DNA of 64,000 bases from Acidobacteriota bacterium (GTDB taxonomy: Bacteria > Acidobacteriota > Terriglobia > Terriglobales > Acidobacteriaceae), in NCBI GenBank assembly GCA_003225175.1, contig QIBA01000056.1, positions 23,790 through 87,789 of the forward strand, written 5' to 3'. A program made the translations under genes and the position numbers. The notes beneath the pieces were generated by a model. The model did not search any database, was not told the origin of the DNA, and saw only the letters and a list, made by a program, of their open reading frames with translations. This document shows positions 51,034 to 62,028 of the stretch, one piece after another. Numbering within the stretch: position 1 is the stretch's first letter; every line of letters starts with the position of its first letter.

Positions 51034-51477
51034 CCGACGAGGAGGCCGGAACCATTGCGCCTGGTGGTCCGGGGATGGACACTCGACCCGAGAGAGACGT
51101 CCTTCCCGGACCAGGTGGTCATAAGCGTCCTGCCAACTCGGAACTTCGGAGCTCTCCGGATTCCAATGTGCATAAGAAGCTTCATCACACCACTTCGGAA
51201 GCCGAGGCATGACAGAAGCGTGCGCGCCAGATCTGCGGAAGGTTTTCATCGCCTTTTCACTCTCCCAAGCACTGAGAGCCAGAACGTGCGGCGAGCATCC
51301 ACTAACAATCGTCCGCCAAGAAATCCCGGCGCCCGTACTACTTGGCGTTGGGCAAGATAATTCCTCCAAAAGAACAACCGGAGAAACCAGAGTGATCGGA
51401 CCCGAAGCTGCGTGACCGAGGCAAACATCAAGTGATTTTATTCGCGCACATCTACAAACGTTTGCCTTGGTCGCTGC

Positions 51478-53625
51478 CTAGGTCAAGCGAATCGGCAGCT
51501 TTCTAACGCGCTGTCCTGTCGCCGCGAAGATGGCGTTGGTCACCGCCGGAGCGATCGGAGGCACTCCTGGTTCTCCACAGCCCGTGGGTCGATTGTCGTT
51601 GGTTAGAACGAATACCTCGGTTTCAGGCGATTCGAATATGCGCGCGATAGGGTAATCGTCAAAATTTCCCTGCTCTACCGCCCCGTCCTTCACAGTGATC
51701 TCTCCATACAGAGCGGCAGCAAGACCGAAGACAATCCCCCCTTCCATTTGAGCTTTCACTCCATCAGGATTCACGGCACGTCCGCAGTCCACCACACAAG
51801 TAACGCGATGTACCTGGAGATTTCCGTTATTCACTGACACTTCCGCAAGTTGCGCGACGTAGGTATCGAATGAATAGTGCGCCGCAAATCCGCGAGCGCC
51901 GCCTTTGGGCGCCGGCTTGCCCCAGTCGCCACGTGTAGCTGCCTCCTGAATCACGGCGCGCATGCGATGCGGATCGAACTCCGGTTCCTTGCTGTTGGGA
52001 TTCACTTCCCGATCCGGGAGCAGCGCCAGTCGGAACTGCACCGGATCTTGTTTGGCGGCATGCGCGAGTTCGTCGACGAAGCTCTGCACTACGAATCCAT
52101 TGAAGGAGTTCGCTACGGAGCGCCACCAGGCGCGTGGAACGCTGGTTGCCGCGGCAGCGTACTCCAGCTGGATATTGGGAATCGCATAGGGCAGATCGAT
52201 CGCGCCTTCGATCTCCTGCCCCTCTGATTTGCCGCCCCAGAAATCGCGGATAGATGTAGAGACAATCCGGTGGTGCCAGGCGATGAGGCGATTGTTTTCA
52301 TCGAGCGCTCCAGCCATCTTGTGATAGTTCGCCGGACGATAGAAGTCGAAGCGCATATCGTCCTCGCGCGTCCAGACCACCTGCACAGCTTTGCCGATCG
52401 CCTTCGAAACTAGCGCCGCTTCAACAGCAAAATCGAGCTGATAACGCCGACCGAACCCACCGCCGCTCAACACTGTGTGCCCGACGATCGACTTGGATGA
52501 AAGCCCCGTCGCCTGGGCCACGGCGCCTGCAATCCACTCCGGAGACTGTGTTGGCGCCCAGACCTCGGCTCCATCGGAGCGCACGTGCACCGTACAATTC
52601 ATCGGCTCCATCGTTGCATGCGCGAGAAACGGCATCTCGTAGTCTGCCTCGACCTTCTTCGCGGACTTCGCGATCACATCCGTAGCGTTTCCTTCATTGC
52701 GCAGCACTTTTCCTGGATTATTCGCCAACGCGACCATGCGCTGGCGCAGCGCATCGCTTGTGTCTTCGGGTTTAGCGCCGTCCCAGTTCACGACCAATGC
52801 ATCTCGTCCTCTTATCGCTGCCCAGGTATTCTCTGCCACAACAGCGACTCCCGCCCGCGTATGGGCATTCGAGACTTCAGGAATCGAAATCACATCGATG
52901 ACGCCTGGAACGGCCTTTGCTTTGGCGGCATCGAAGTTCTTGAGCTTGCCTCCGTAATAGGGACAACGAGCAATGACCGCCCTCACCATCCCAGCCACGT
53001 GGACATCGAGTCCAAATTGAGCAGAACCATCGCACTTGGATGGAATCTCAACCCGAGGCACGGGCTTGCCGATGTAAATGAACTCTTTCGGATCCTTCAG
53101 CGGAACTGATTTCAAATCGGGAATCGGCAGCTTGGATGCAGCCTCAGCCAGCTGGCCGTAAGTTGCCTTCTGCGATCCGGAATACACAATGCCTTTCGCT
53201 GTACGGCAGCTTTCGCGCGAGACGTTCCAGTGTTGCGCGGCTGCGGAGATGAGCATCTGTCGGGCAGCCGCTCCCGCCTGGCGCATGGGAGTAAATTGAC
53301 CTATCGTGCTGCCGCTCCCGCCCGTACTCATGTCATAAGTGTCCGGATTTGTGTCGGCATGGATAACCCGCACGAGATTCCAGTCCACGTCGGCTTCGTC
53401 CGCGAGGATCATGGGCAGTGTGGTCATGATCCCCTGACCAATCTCGCACTTGGCAAGCATGAGCGTGACGCTGTTGTCTGGAGCGATCTTCAACCATGCG
53501 TTTAGCGGATTCGCCATAGGCTTGGCCTCTTTCTGGCACGCTACATCCAAGGGCAGCGAAAATCCAATGACCAGCGCAGCGCCACCGCGGATGAAGTCGC
53601 GACGAGTTACAACGTTGGCGCTCAT
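51478..53625 (-). CDS. Molybdopterin-binding large subunit of a xanthine-dehydrogenase-family hydroxylase (IorB/aldehyde oxidase type), Tat signal
   Basis: Start placed at [18 protein letters not shown] (twin-arginine), followed by aldehyde-oxidase/xanthine-dehydrogenase Mo-binding domains. ATGA overlap with the small subunit. Confidence 0.8.
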   Translation of the reverse strand: MSANVVTRRDFIRGGAALVIGFSLPLDVACQKEAKPMANPLNAWLKIAPDNSVTLMLAKCEIGQGIMTTLPMILADEADVDWNLVRVIHADTNPDTYDMSTGGSGSTIGQFTPMRQAGAAARQMLISAAAQHWNVSRESCRTAKGIVYSGSQKATYGQLAEAASKLPIPDLKSVPLKDPKEFIYIGKPVPRVEIPSKCDGSAQFGLDVHVAGMVRAVIARCPYYGGKLKNFDAAKAKAVPGVIDVISIPEVSNAHTRAGVAVVAENTWAAIRGRDALVVNWDGAKPEDTSDALRQRMVALANNPGKVLRNEGNATDVIAKSAKKVEADYEMPFLAHATMEPMNCTVHVRSDGAEVWAPTQSPEWIAGAVAQATGLSSKSIVGHTVLSGGGFGRRYQLDFAVEAALVSKAIGKAVQVVWTREDDMRFDFYRPANYHKMAGALDENNRLIAWHHRIVSTSIRDFWGGKSEGQEIEGAIDLPYAIPNIQLEYAAAATSVPRAWWRSVANSFNGFVVQSFVDELAHAAKQDPVQFRLALLPDREVNPNSKEPEFDPHRMRAVIQEAATRGDWGKPAPKGGARGFAAHYSFDTYVAQLAEVSVNNGNLQVHRVTCVVDCGRAVNPDGVKAQMEGGIVFGLAAALYGEITVKDGAVEQGNFDDYPIARIFESPETEVFVLTNDNRPTGCGEPGVPPIAPAVTNAIFAATGQRVRKLPIRLT

Positions 53626-54125
53626 GCGAGTTCTCCTTTCGCAGCACGCGTCAGTTCGGCCCTTGTGATTTCGGCAGCACGATGAACCGCTCGGCGGATG
53701 CGAACGTAGGTTCCACATCGGCACAGATTGCCCGAGAGCGCCTCGTTGATATCGTCGTCAGTGGGCTGTGGCTTGCGCGCGAGCAGTTCGGCAGCCGCCA
53801 TGATGAATCCCGACTGGCAGTAGCCGCATTGCGGGACCTGCTCGGCGATCCAGGCCTGCTGTACTGCGGAAAGATGGTTACGATCCGGAGACAAGCCTTC
53901 GATCGTCGTAACACGTTTGCCTTGCACCGTCGAGAGCGGAGTAATGCACGAGCGCGTCGCGCGTCCGTTCAGGTGGACGGTGCACGCCGCACAAAGCCCG
54001 CGGCCACATCCAAACTTAGTGCCCGTAAGATTCAGGTTATCGCGAAGAACCCAGAGAAGAGGAGTCTGAGGATCGGCATCGACGTCTTGCGTCTTGCCAT
54101 TCACGTTGAGGGCGATAGGAGACAC
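53622..54125 (-). CDS. (2Fe-2S)-binding small subunit of the molybdenum hydroxylase (IorA type)
   Basis: Two [2Fe-2S] motifs, [11 protein letters not shown] and [10 protein letters not shown]...CRCGTY. Confidence 0.85.
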   Translation of the reverse strand: MSPIALNVNGKTQDVDADPQTPLLWVLRDNLNLTGTKFGCGRGLCAACTVHLNGRATRSCITPLSTVQGKRVTTIEGLSPDRNHLSAVQQAWIAEQVPQCGYCQSGFIMAAAELLARKPQPTDDDINEALSGNLCRCGTYVRIRRAVHRAAEITRAELTRAAKGELA

Positions 54126-54308
54126 GTGTACCTCCTGATCCTCCTTAGCAATTGACGTGAGCCGAAGAGATTCGTCTCACATCAATCTGTGCAAAGGGTG
54201 GCACGAAGTATACGACCTGTTTGGCGTTATGGACGAGACCAGGACTGAGTGCCAAAACGAAAGCCCGGTCCGTATAGGGGGACCGGGCACGAGACAGGAC
54301 AGCAATGC

Positions 54309-57300
54309 CTAGAACGTCAGCCGCATCCCAAGCTGGATCTGCCGCGGTGGTCCCGCCGTAGTCGGATGTCCGTAGTCACCACTGGAGATGTTGGTGTTAT
54401 TCACTAGCTCCGAGGTTTGCGAACTAAACCGGAAATTCGTGTGATTGAAAGCGTTTACGACGTCTGCGCGAAATTGCAGCTTCAGATCCTCTCTGCCGAG
54501 TCCAAATTCCTTGCGCAGAGAGAAATCCCATTTGTACAGACCCGGTCCGCGCACCAGACCAGCGCCGCTGTTGCCCAAGCGGCCGTCAGGAGCCGGAGCA
54601 AATGCAGCGCTATTAAACCATTGCGTCGCGTTGGGCCCGTCGATCTGAACTGGCCCACCAAGGTAATCAGCACGGCGCCGCGAGGACGAGGGCAGGGTCA
54701 AACCAGCAAATGTGCTATTGCCGGTCACGGTGAAGGGCCCGCCAGTCTGTAGCTGGGTCAAACCGCCAAGTTCCCAGCCTCCCAGCGTCTCTCCTAGAAA
54801 ACCGCTCTCACTGCGGAAGGACGGCAAGCGATAATTGAACGTAGTAACGAAAATGTGGCGGTGATCGAAGAGAGCCGGACCATAGTTCAAAAAGCGCATG
54901 GTGGCATCTTCGATATTGTCGCTGGCACCGCTGTTGCGAACGTCTTCATTGCCGCCCCCGCTGTCGGTGAGATTTTTCGACCAGGTGTAACTGCCAGTCA
55001 GCGTGAGGTCTCCTTTACGCTTCGTCGCATAGATCTGCAAAGCGTTGTAGTTGGAGATGGCATCGCTCAGGAACATGTTGATGGTGGAGTAGCCCTTATA
55101 TGCCCTGAGCGCATCCAGAGCCGTAGCCTTTTGTGTTGATGGCAGCGTCTGATTGGCTAGCATGGTTGCGATGCTTGGCATGTTGATGTCGGGTTTGCGC
55201 ATCAAGTGTCGCGCCTGATTGCCAACATATGCGACTTCAAGAAAAACATCAGACGGCAATTCACGCTGCACACTCAGGCTATAAGTCATGCTGTAGGCCT
55301 GCTTCAGATTTGGATCGATGGCCGAAATGCTCAATCCGCCTGCCTTTGGCGCCGCTCCACCGGCGGGATTGGAAAGACTTGCTGTATTGAAGACCGCACT
55401 GCTTGAGAATGGCGGATTGCCGACCTCATCGAAGATCATGTTGCCTTCGGGTGTGTCATAGAAAAGGCCGATACCGCCGCGAACTGAAGTCTTGTTGTCG
55501 TTGAAGGGTTGGAGAGCAAAACCAAAACGCGGCGCCCACGTGCTCTGACCTTGATAGAGCCCGCGCGTTGCGCCATCCGGAATTGCACTGGGTGCGCCAC
55601 CGCTGCCGGCTCGGATGAGGCCATTGAAGGGATTGCCGCCCTTCGTCGTATCGATGGTGCCGTCAAGCTTGAGTGTCACCGCCTTTGATGGATCGTAGAG
55701 CGCAGGATCGAAGTTCGTCAGGTTATTTGCCTGCGTGTACCATGGGACGAAGTACTGATAACGGACTCCCACCTCCAGGCTGAGATTGCGCAGCACCTTC
55801 CAGTTGTCAGTCACGTAAGCGTGATATTGCGTAAAACGGAAGTGCCCGACGGGATCGTCGGAGGCTTCTTCATATTTATTGAAGTTACCCATCAAAGCAT
55901 CGGCGAGCGAATTGCCGGATGAATTGGAGCCGGTCCCGGTAAAGGTGATCGCCCCTGCATACAGCGAACGCGCGTTCTGATCTTTGCGATTCCGAATGAC
56001 CAGCACTCCGGTCTTCAGCGTGTGTGCCCCGTGGCTCCAAGTGAGGTTGTCCCCCGGCGCTATGTCGGTTGTCGGAGAGAGCAACGCGTGTGACTGGCCC
56101 TTGAGAGTCTGAAAGGTGGACATCATGATGTCGGGAATGCTGTTGCGAAAGCGTCCCCCACCGTTGGGGAACAACTGCGGAAATACGAAACCGTAGGTGC
56201 TGCGCTTCCACGAGTCACCTACCGGATTCAGGCGTTGCCCATTCCAGGAAGCATTGATCTTGGCTTCGTTCACCAGCGTCGGCGTGATCGTCCAGGTGTG
56301 CGCTACTTGGTAGCTCGTGCCCGGACGCCTGCGGTCTTCAGGGCAGCTTGGTACGTCGGTAGCGCAGGAAAACCCGCTGGGCAGCAGGATGCTGAACTCG
56401 TCATGAATGTAGCGCAGATAAATGTTGTGCTTCTGCGTCAGCGAGAGATCGACGCGCGCGAAGTCCTCTCGGGAGTCGAACGGTTGAGCGTTCTGATAGA
56501 TTGTGTTGCTCCCCGTGCCGGTGTTAGTGAACGAGGCTGCCTGCTGTTCCATCGCGCCATAAAGCTTTGCGATTGCTGCTCCATCTGCGGTGATGCATTG
56601 CGGGCTGAGTACGTTATTCGTAATTGTGCAGCCGGCGGGAGCACTTGCGGGCTTGGTCAGCTTTAAGGTGTTGTACTTCCAATCGCGGAAGTCGCCAGAG
56701 AGCTCGGCCGTCGTAGGCATCGTCACCTTGACCGGAGCCGTCGAGGAGCGCAAGTACTTCCACTGCTCGCCGACGTAGAAGAAGAGCTTGTCGCGCTTAA
56801 TGGGACCACCTAACTGCCAGGTGGGGTTGTTGAAGCGCAGCGGCGGCTTGATCGCCGCTCCGCTGACTTGATCCCGGGAGAAGTAGTTCACTGCATCCAG
56901 ATAATCGTTGCGAAAATATTCGGAAATACCGCCGTGAAGACGGTTGCTTCCACTCTTTGTCACTACGTTAACGGCGGCGCCGGCGGAGCGTCCGTACTCG
57001 GCGGAAAAATTGGAGGTTTTTACGCTTACCTCCTGGACGAAATCGAGGCCAACGTTGTTGATCAAACTGCCATTGGAACCTGAATCCAGATTGAAGCCGC
57101 CGTCCACGGTATGCAGGTTTTGATCGCTGCGGATGCCGTTGACCGAAAATGGGCTCGCTGTAAGACCAGTAGTAACCGCCATCTCGTCCTCATCCGTGAC
57201 CGCGGCACCCGGCATCAGCGTGACCAATTGCCCGTAGTTGCGGCCATTGAGCGGCAGGGTTTCCACCTGCTGCGCGTCCACAACCCGCGAGATCTCACCC

Positions 57301-57725
57301 GAAGTTGTGTTCACGGTCTCGCCTGTTCCCGTCACTTCAACGGTTTCGGTGACGGCGCCCGGCTTCAGGGTGAAGTCCACGGTCACGCGTGCATCGGGAT
57401 CGATGTGATAGCCAGTCCTTATTTCTCTGCCGAAGCTCTTTTGCTCTGCGGCCAGACTGTAATTTCCAACCGGGAGGTCGGTTACTACATAAAAGCCTCT
57501 GGCATCCGTTGTAACGGTGCGCGTGAGCCCAGTTCCCAAATTGACCACGGCGACTGTTACTCCGGGAATGGCCGCACCGGAAGTATCCACTACCGTTCCG
57601 GAGAAGCGGCCGGTGATGGTCATTTGCGCGGCCACGGAGCGTACTACCGCCATCCACGCAGCACCTGCCAACACACACGCAAGAACGCCACGCAGCGTTC
57701 TGGATTTCAAATCGATCGCTGACAT
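54309..57725 (-). CDS. TonB-dependent outer-membrane receptor (CarboxypepD_reg type), third copy
   Basis: 1138 aa. GTVVDTSGAAIPGVTVAVVNLGTGLTRTVTTDARGFY. Ends ...MRLTF. Confidence 0.9.
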   Translation of the reverse strand: MSAIDLKSRTLRGVLACVLAGAAWMAVVRSVAAQMTITGRFSGTVVDTSGAAIPGVTVAVVNLGTGLTRTVTTDARGFYVVTDLPVGNYSLAAEQKSFGREIRTGYHIDPDARVTVDFTLKPGAVTETVEVTGTGETVNTTSGEISRVVDAQQVETLPLNGRNYGQLVTLMPGAAVTDEDEMAVTTGLTASPFSVNGIRSDQNLHTVDGGFNLDSGSNGSLINNVGLDFVQEVSVKTSNFSAEYGRSAGAAVNVVTKSGSNRLHGGISEYFRNDYLDAVNYFSRDQVSGAAIKPPLRFNNPTWQLGGPIKRDKLFFYVGEQWKYLRSSTAPVKVTMPTTAELSGDFRDWKYNTLKLTKPASAPAGCTITNNVLSPQCITADGAAIAKLYGAMEQQAASFTNTGTGSNTIYQNAQPFDSREDFARVDLSLTQKHNIYLRYIHDEFSILLPSGFSCATDVPSCPEDRRRPGTSYQVAHTWTITPTLVNEAKINASWNGQRLNPVGDSWKRSTYGFVFPQLFPNGGGRFRNSIPDIMMSTFQTLKGQSHALLSPTTDIAPGDNLTWSHGAHTLKTGVLVIRNRKDQNARSLYAGAITFTGTGSNSSGNSLADALMGNFNKYEEASDDPVGHFRFTQYHAYVTDNWKVLRNLSLEVGVRYQYFVPWYTQANNLTNFDPALYDPSKAVTLKLDGTIDTTKGGNPFNGLIRAGSGGAPSAIPDGATRGLYQGQSTWAPRFGFALQPFNDNKTSVRGGIGLFYDTPEGNMIFDEVGNPPFSSSAVFNTASLSNPAGGAAPKAGGLSISAIDPNLKQAYSMTYSLSVQRELPSDVFLEVAYVGNQARHLMRKPDINMPSIATMLANQTLPSTQKATALDALRAYKGYSTINMFLSDAISNYNALQIYATKRKGDLTLTGSYTWSKNLTDSGGGNEDVRNSGASDNIEDATMRFLNYGPALFDHRHIFVTTFNYRLPSFRSESGFLGETLGGWELGGLTQLQTGGPFTVTGNSTFAGLTLPSSSRRRADYLGGPVQIDGPNATQWFNSAAFAPAPDGRLGNSGAGLVRGPGLYKWDFSLRKEFGLGREDLKLQFRADVVNAFNHTNFRFSSQTSELVNNTNISSGDYGHPTTAGPPRQIQLGMRLTF

Positions 57726-57961
57726 TTCACCCTCTCGTTTTGTAAAGAGCAGAGACGCGGGTTCAGCTTGGTGATTGCAGCAACGCTCGCTGCGCTAGTT
57801 CATGTCTGATCGCAGCTAAGCCGCAGAAGACTCCAGCGTCGTGCTATACCGCATTACGGTACAATGTATCGTATTCCGCAAATCGGCGGCGAGCATACTG
57901 GTCGAAGTGGGTGCCTCTTGTCAAGACTGAAGTATGGGTTCACTGCGGCCGGGAACTTGGG

Positions 57962-58207
57962 TCAGTGTTTTATTGGTCCCGATGTACCTTGTCCGGAGAA
58001 AATGCCGGCAGGCAGACTGGCTGCGTTCGGAGTTGAATACTGAATCCACTCTCTGCGATGCGCGATTACTGCCTGTCCCGCTTGAACATCGAGGGTTCCG
58101 TCCTGTTGCTGCACGCGCACTGTTCCTTTGAGCACGATCGTAAATTCATCAAACTGGGGACGCTGCCCCGGTTCTTCCCATCCTACCGGACTGCGCATAT
58201 GCGCCAC
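57962..58207 (-). CDS. Cupin-fold fragment (possibly the C-terminal half of a frameshifted cupin gene together with ORF 58183..58494)
   Basis: FDEFTIVLKGTVRVQQQDGTLDVQAGQAVIAHRREWIQYS resembles cupin motif 2. No intact motif 1. Confidence 0.3.
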   Translation of the reverse strand: MAHMRSPVGWEEPGQRPQFDEFTIVLKGTVRVQQQDGTLDVQAGQAVIAHRREWIQYSTPNAASLPAGIFSGQGTSGPIKH

Positions 58208-58689
58208 ACTGGCAGCCCGTCTTGCTGTTCACGAGGCCAATATATTCGTCGATCAACTTTGGTTTCGTTCCTGCCGCCTGAATGGGCATAAGTTGAGAGA
58301 TGAGGGTCGGCAAATTTTGTTTTCCTCAACGACGACTCCAATTTCGTTAGAGCAACCGAGAACAACCGACAAATCTTGCAATGGCTCTCGTTTTCGGAGT
58401 ACCAAATAGAGTTCGACTTTGGAGGCGACAAGCACAAGGATGCAGTGGGCTCCGACTCCGCAACAAATCCCGCGACGCAGGAACTATTGTGCAACTCAGA
58501 CGCGACCCGTTTCAGTCGAAGCCGGTGACTGAAGAGTCAAAACCGCAAGCTTCCGGTTTGGCGAACCGCAAGATCTTGCGTTTTAGAACGGAGAAGTATG
58601 GCCGAAAATCTTATAACGTGTTAATCGAATGTACTTACGAAACGGCGTTCGGGGAGGGCGGAGGGGTACGGTCCCGGTAAGCGCATCGC

Positions 58690-58703
58690 TGCATAATACT
58701 GCA
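58690..58703. promoter_or_regulatory. TGCATAATACTGCA (TGCA-N6-TGCA), candidate BoxR/BzdR-type operator upstream of boxC
   Basis: Read directly, 72 bp upstream of the boxC start. A -10 TATAAT at 58737-58742 and SD AGGAG at 58763-58767 follow. Confidence 0.5.
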
Positions 58704-58774
58704 CACGCATTTTCAATTCTTGCGCTTGACATGCTTTATAATGCATCTCTATTTTAGAAGTCTAGGAGTTCTCA

Positions 58775-60511
58775 ATGGATACCGCGCTCGCCGTTGATCC
58801 AGACAAGCAGACACAATTCGTCGATTTTCAGACGCATGCTTCCCGCTACCAGCATTGGCAGCTTAAGTTCGCCGGACCGATTGCCAGCTTAATAATGGAC
58901 ACGAAAGAGGAAGGGGGCATCCGTCCTGGATACAAGCTTAAACTGAACTCCTACGATCTAGGCGTTGACATCGAGTTGCACGATGCTTTGCAGCGCATCC
59001 GCTTCGAACATCCTGAGGTTCGCGCTGTGGTCCTCACCAGCGCCAAGCAACGCGTCTTCTGCTCTGGCGCAAACATTTATATGCTCGGCAGTTCATCTCA
59101 CGCGTCGAAAGTGAACTTCTGCAAATTCACCAATGAGACGCGCAACGGGATTGAAGATGCCAGCCGCAACTCCAGCATCAAGTTCTTGGCGGCATGCAAC
59201 GGAACCACCGCAGGCGGAGGCTACGAGCTGGCCCTTGCCTGCGACGAGATCATTCTGATCGATGATCGTTCTTCAGCCGTGAGCCTGCCTGAGGTTCCGC
59301 TGCTGGGCGTCCTTCCCGGAACGGGAGGGCTGACGCGTGTAACCGATAAGCGCAAAGTCCGCCGCGATCTTGCAGACATTTTTTGTACGGTGCCGGAAGG
59401 CATTCAAGGCCAGCGAGCAAAAGACTGGCGGCTGGTTGATGAGGTCGTGAAACCGGCGCAGTGGAATGACCATATCCAGAAGCGCGCCCAGGAACTGGCC
59501 GCGCACAGCGACCGTCCGCAAAACGAGAGCGGAGTGGAACTCACGCCGCTCAAGCGCAGCGTCGACGACCACGGCTATCACTATGAGCACGTCGATGTGA
59601 CTTTCGATCCTGAGGGACGCAGCGCGACGATTGCGGTTCGTGCTCCGCAATCGGTTACCGCGAAATCCCTTTCTGAAATCAAGCAAGCAGGCGCGAGCTG
59701 GTGGCCGCTGCAGATGGCCCGTGAGCTCGACGATGCCATTCTGAGCCTGCGCACTAATGAACTTGGACTTGGTCTGTGGATTTTAAAAACCAGCGGCAAT
59801 GCGGACGCGGTGCTCGAGATCGATCGTCAACTGATTAAACATCGCGGTAACTGGTTCGTCCGGGAGGTGATCAGTATGCTGCGTCGCACTCTCGCGCGGC
59901 TCGATGTCGCTTCCCGATCGATGTATGCCGTCATTGAAGAGGGCTCCTGCTTTGCCGGAACGTTGTTCGAGCTGGCTTTAGCCGCCGATCGCAGCTACAT
60001 GCTGAACAATTCCGATAATCCTGAAGGCACGTTCATCGCGCTGTCGGAGATTAATTTCGACTTATGCCGGGATGTAGAGACGCAGTCCGCCGCGGCGGAC
60101 GTCTCCCGATGCTGCCTGTTGGAATCAGTCAGTGGAGTACCGCGACTGATCTCGCGGTTCTATGGTGACCAGAAGAAGATCGAAGCTCTGCGTGCTCTGA
60201 TCGGCAAGAAGGTTTCTGCGGAGGAAGCCGCTGAAGCAGGTTTAATAACCGCCGCTCCCGACGATCTGGATTGGCCCGCCGAGCTTCGCCTGGCGATCGA
60301 ATCTCGCGTGGCGCTCTCACCCGATGCACTCACCGGTCTCGAAGCCAATCTTCGCTTCGCTCAGCCCGAATCGATGCTCACGCGAATCTTCGGTCGCCTC
60401 TCGGCATGGCAGAACTGGATTTTTATCCGTCCGAACGCAGTTGGACAGACCGGAGCGTTGAAGGTGTACGGAAGTGGGAACAAAGCAAAGTTCAACTGGG
60501 AGCGGGTGTAA
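58775..60511 (+). CDS. boxC: Benzoyl-CoA-dihydrodiol lyase (crotonase-superfamily ring-cleaving enzyme)
   Basis: 578 aa. Crotonase fold with VVLTSAKQRVFCSGANIYMLG and ACNGTTAGGGYELALACD. Full-length similarity to BoxC. Confidence 0.8.
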   Translation: MDTALAVDPDKQTQFVDFQTHASRYQHWQLKFAGPIASLIMDTKEEGGIRPGYKLKLNSYDLGVDIELHDALQRIRFEHPEVRAVVLTSAKQRVFCSGANIYMLGSSSHASKVNFCKFTNETRNGIEDASRNSSIKFLAACNGTTAGGGYELALACDEIILIDDRSSAVSLPEVPLLGVLPGTGGLTRVTDKRKVRRDLADIFCTVPEGIQGQRAKDWRLVDEVVKPAQWNDHIQKRAQELAAHSDRPQNESGVELTPLKRSVDDHGYHYEHVDVTFDPEGRSATIAVRAPQSVTAKSLSEIKQAGASWWPLQMARELDDAILSLRTNELGLGLWILKTSGNADAVLEIDRQLIKHRGNWFVREVISMLRRTLARLDVASRSMYAVIEEGSCFAGTLFELALAADRSYMLNNSDNPEGTFIALSEINFDLCRDVETQSAAADVSRCCLLESVSGVPRLISRFYGDQKKIEALRALIGKKVSAEEAAEAGLITAAPDDLDWPAELRLAIESRVALSPDALTGLEANLRFAQPESMLTRIFGRLSAWQNWIFIRPNAVGQTGALKVYGSGNKAKFNWERV

Positions 60512-60547
60512 CGTGGATCCGGGCGGATCCATGTCGGAGATGTCGCA

Positions 60548-61972
60548 ATGAACATCGATTACGCACAACTGATCCCCAACAACGTCAACCTCGCCAGCGA
60601 CCGCACGTTGCAGCGCGCGCTGGAGCGCTGGCAGCCGGCATTCCTTGGCTGGTGGAACGACACTGGCCCGGCCAGCACTTCGGATCTTCAGGTCTATTTG
60701 CGCACCGCCATCAGCGTGGAAAAAGACGGTTGGGCTAACTTCGGCTACGTACGCATGCCCGAGTATCGCTGGGGCATATTTCTGGTTCCCCGCGATGACA
60801 ATCGCAAGATCCATTTTGGCGATCATCAAGGCGAGGCCGCATGGCAAGACGTTCCCGGCGAATATCGCTCGACATTGCGCCGCATCATTGTTACGCAAGG
60901 TGACACCGAACCGGCATCGGTAGAGCAACAGCGCCTGCTCGGAAAAACTGCACCTTCGCTCTACGACATGCGCAATCTTTTCCAAGTGAATGTCGAAGAG
61001 GGACGACATCTATGGGCGATGGTCTACCTTCTCCATCGCTATTTCGGGAAAGATGGGCGCGAAGAAGCCGAGTACTTGCTCGAGCGCCGCTCGGGCGATA
61101 CGAATAATCCGCGTATTCTCACGGCCTTTAACGAGCAGACCCGTCACTGGCTCGCATTCTTCATGTTTGCTTTCTTCACCGATCGCGACGGTAAGTTCCA
61201 ACTGTCGTCGCTCGCGGAGTCAGCATTCGATCCGCTCTCGCGCACCTGCCGCTTCATGCTGACCGAAGAGGCGCACCACATGTTTGTCGGCGAGTCGGGA
61301 GTCGCTCGCACGGTGCAACGCACCTGTGAGTTAATGAAGCAACATGGCCTCAGTGATCCCAACGAGGGACGCCAGTTCGGAGTAATCGATCTGTACACGC
61401 TGCAGAAGTTTGTGAACTTCCACTACAGCGTGACGCTCGATCTGTTCGGCTCGGACATTTCTTCAAACGCCGCTACCTATTACACCACCGGCTTGAAAGG
61501 CCGCTATGAGGAAGGCAAGCGCAGCGACGACCACCGGCTTGCTTCCGATGACTACAAGGTGCTCGACATGGAGAAGGGCCAAATCATCGAGAAGCGGGTT
61601 CCCGCGCTGACCGCGCTCAACGCTCGTTTGCGTGACGACTATATAGATGAGATTCAGGGCGGGCTCAATCGGTGGAACCGCATTCCCGAACAGTTGGGAA
61701 TCCCATTTCGGTTCAAGCTGCCGCACATGGGCTTTCACCGTAAGATTGGGAACTTCGCTGGACAATTTATCAGTCCAGACGGTCAGGTAATCCCCGAAGC
61801 TGACTGGAATCGACAGCGCGACAACTGGATGCCCTCGGAGAGCGACCATCAATACATCCAATCGCTTATGGGGCAGGTGGTCGAACCGGGCAAGTTCGCC
61901 AACTGGATCGCCCCACCCGCTCGCGGAATCAACGGCAAACCAATTGACTTCGAGTATGTGAGGTTTAACTAG
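60548..61972 (+). CDS. boxB: Benzoyl-CoA 2,3-epoxidase oxygenase component (di-iron)
   Basis: 474 aa. N-terminus MNIDYAQLIPNNVNLASDRTLQRALERW characteristic of BoxB. EExxH di-iron motifs (LTEEAHHMF). Confidence 0.85.
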   Translation: MNIDYAQLIPNNVNLASDRTLQRALERWQPAFLGWWNDTGPASTSDLQVYLRTAISVEKDGWANFGYVRMPEYRWGIFLVPRDDNRKIHFGDHQGEAAWQDVPGEYRSTLRRIIVTQGDTEPASVEQQRLLGKTAPSLYDMRNLFQVNVEEGRHLWAMVYLLHRYFGKDGREEAEYLLERRSGDTNNPRILTAFNEQTRHWLAFFMFAFFTDRDGKFQLSSLAESAFDPLSRTCRFMLTEEAHHMFVGESGVARTVQRTCELMKQHGLSDPNEGRQFGVIDLYTLQKFVNFHYSVTLDLFGSDISSNAATYYTTGLKGRYEEGKRSDDHRLASDDYKVLDMEKGQIIEKRVPALTALNARLRDDYIDEIQGGLNRWNRIPEQLGIPFRFKLPHMGFHRKIGNFAGQFISPDGQVIPEADWNRQRDNWMPSESDHQYIQSLMGQVVEPGKFANWIAPPARGINGKPIDFEYVRFN

Positions 61973-62028
61973 CGAGTCGCTACTGGCTTCTCGCTGCTAG
62001 CAGCCCTCGCCGGCGTACGAGATGCAAG

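Noticed and set aside
51827-53109. ORFs 51877..52227, 52585..53109, 52697..52957 etc. inside the IorB-like gene
   Set aside because: Shadow ORFs within a 716-aa Mo-hydroxylase subunit with continuous homology
58381-58680. 99-aa ORF upstream of boxC
   Set aside because: Arg-rich, no RBS, lies in the promoter/operator region. Likely non-coding
59273-59686. 137-aa and other ORFs antisense within boxC/boxB (59221..59403, 59581..59799, 60317..61009, 61463..61861)
   Set aside because: Overlap strongly supported box genes
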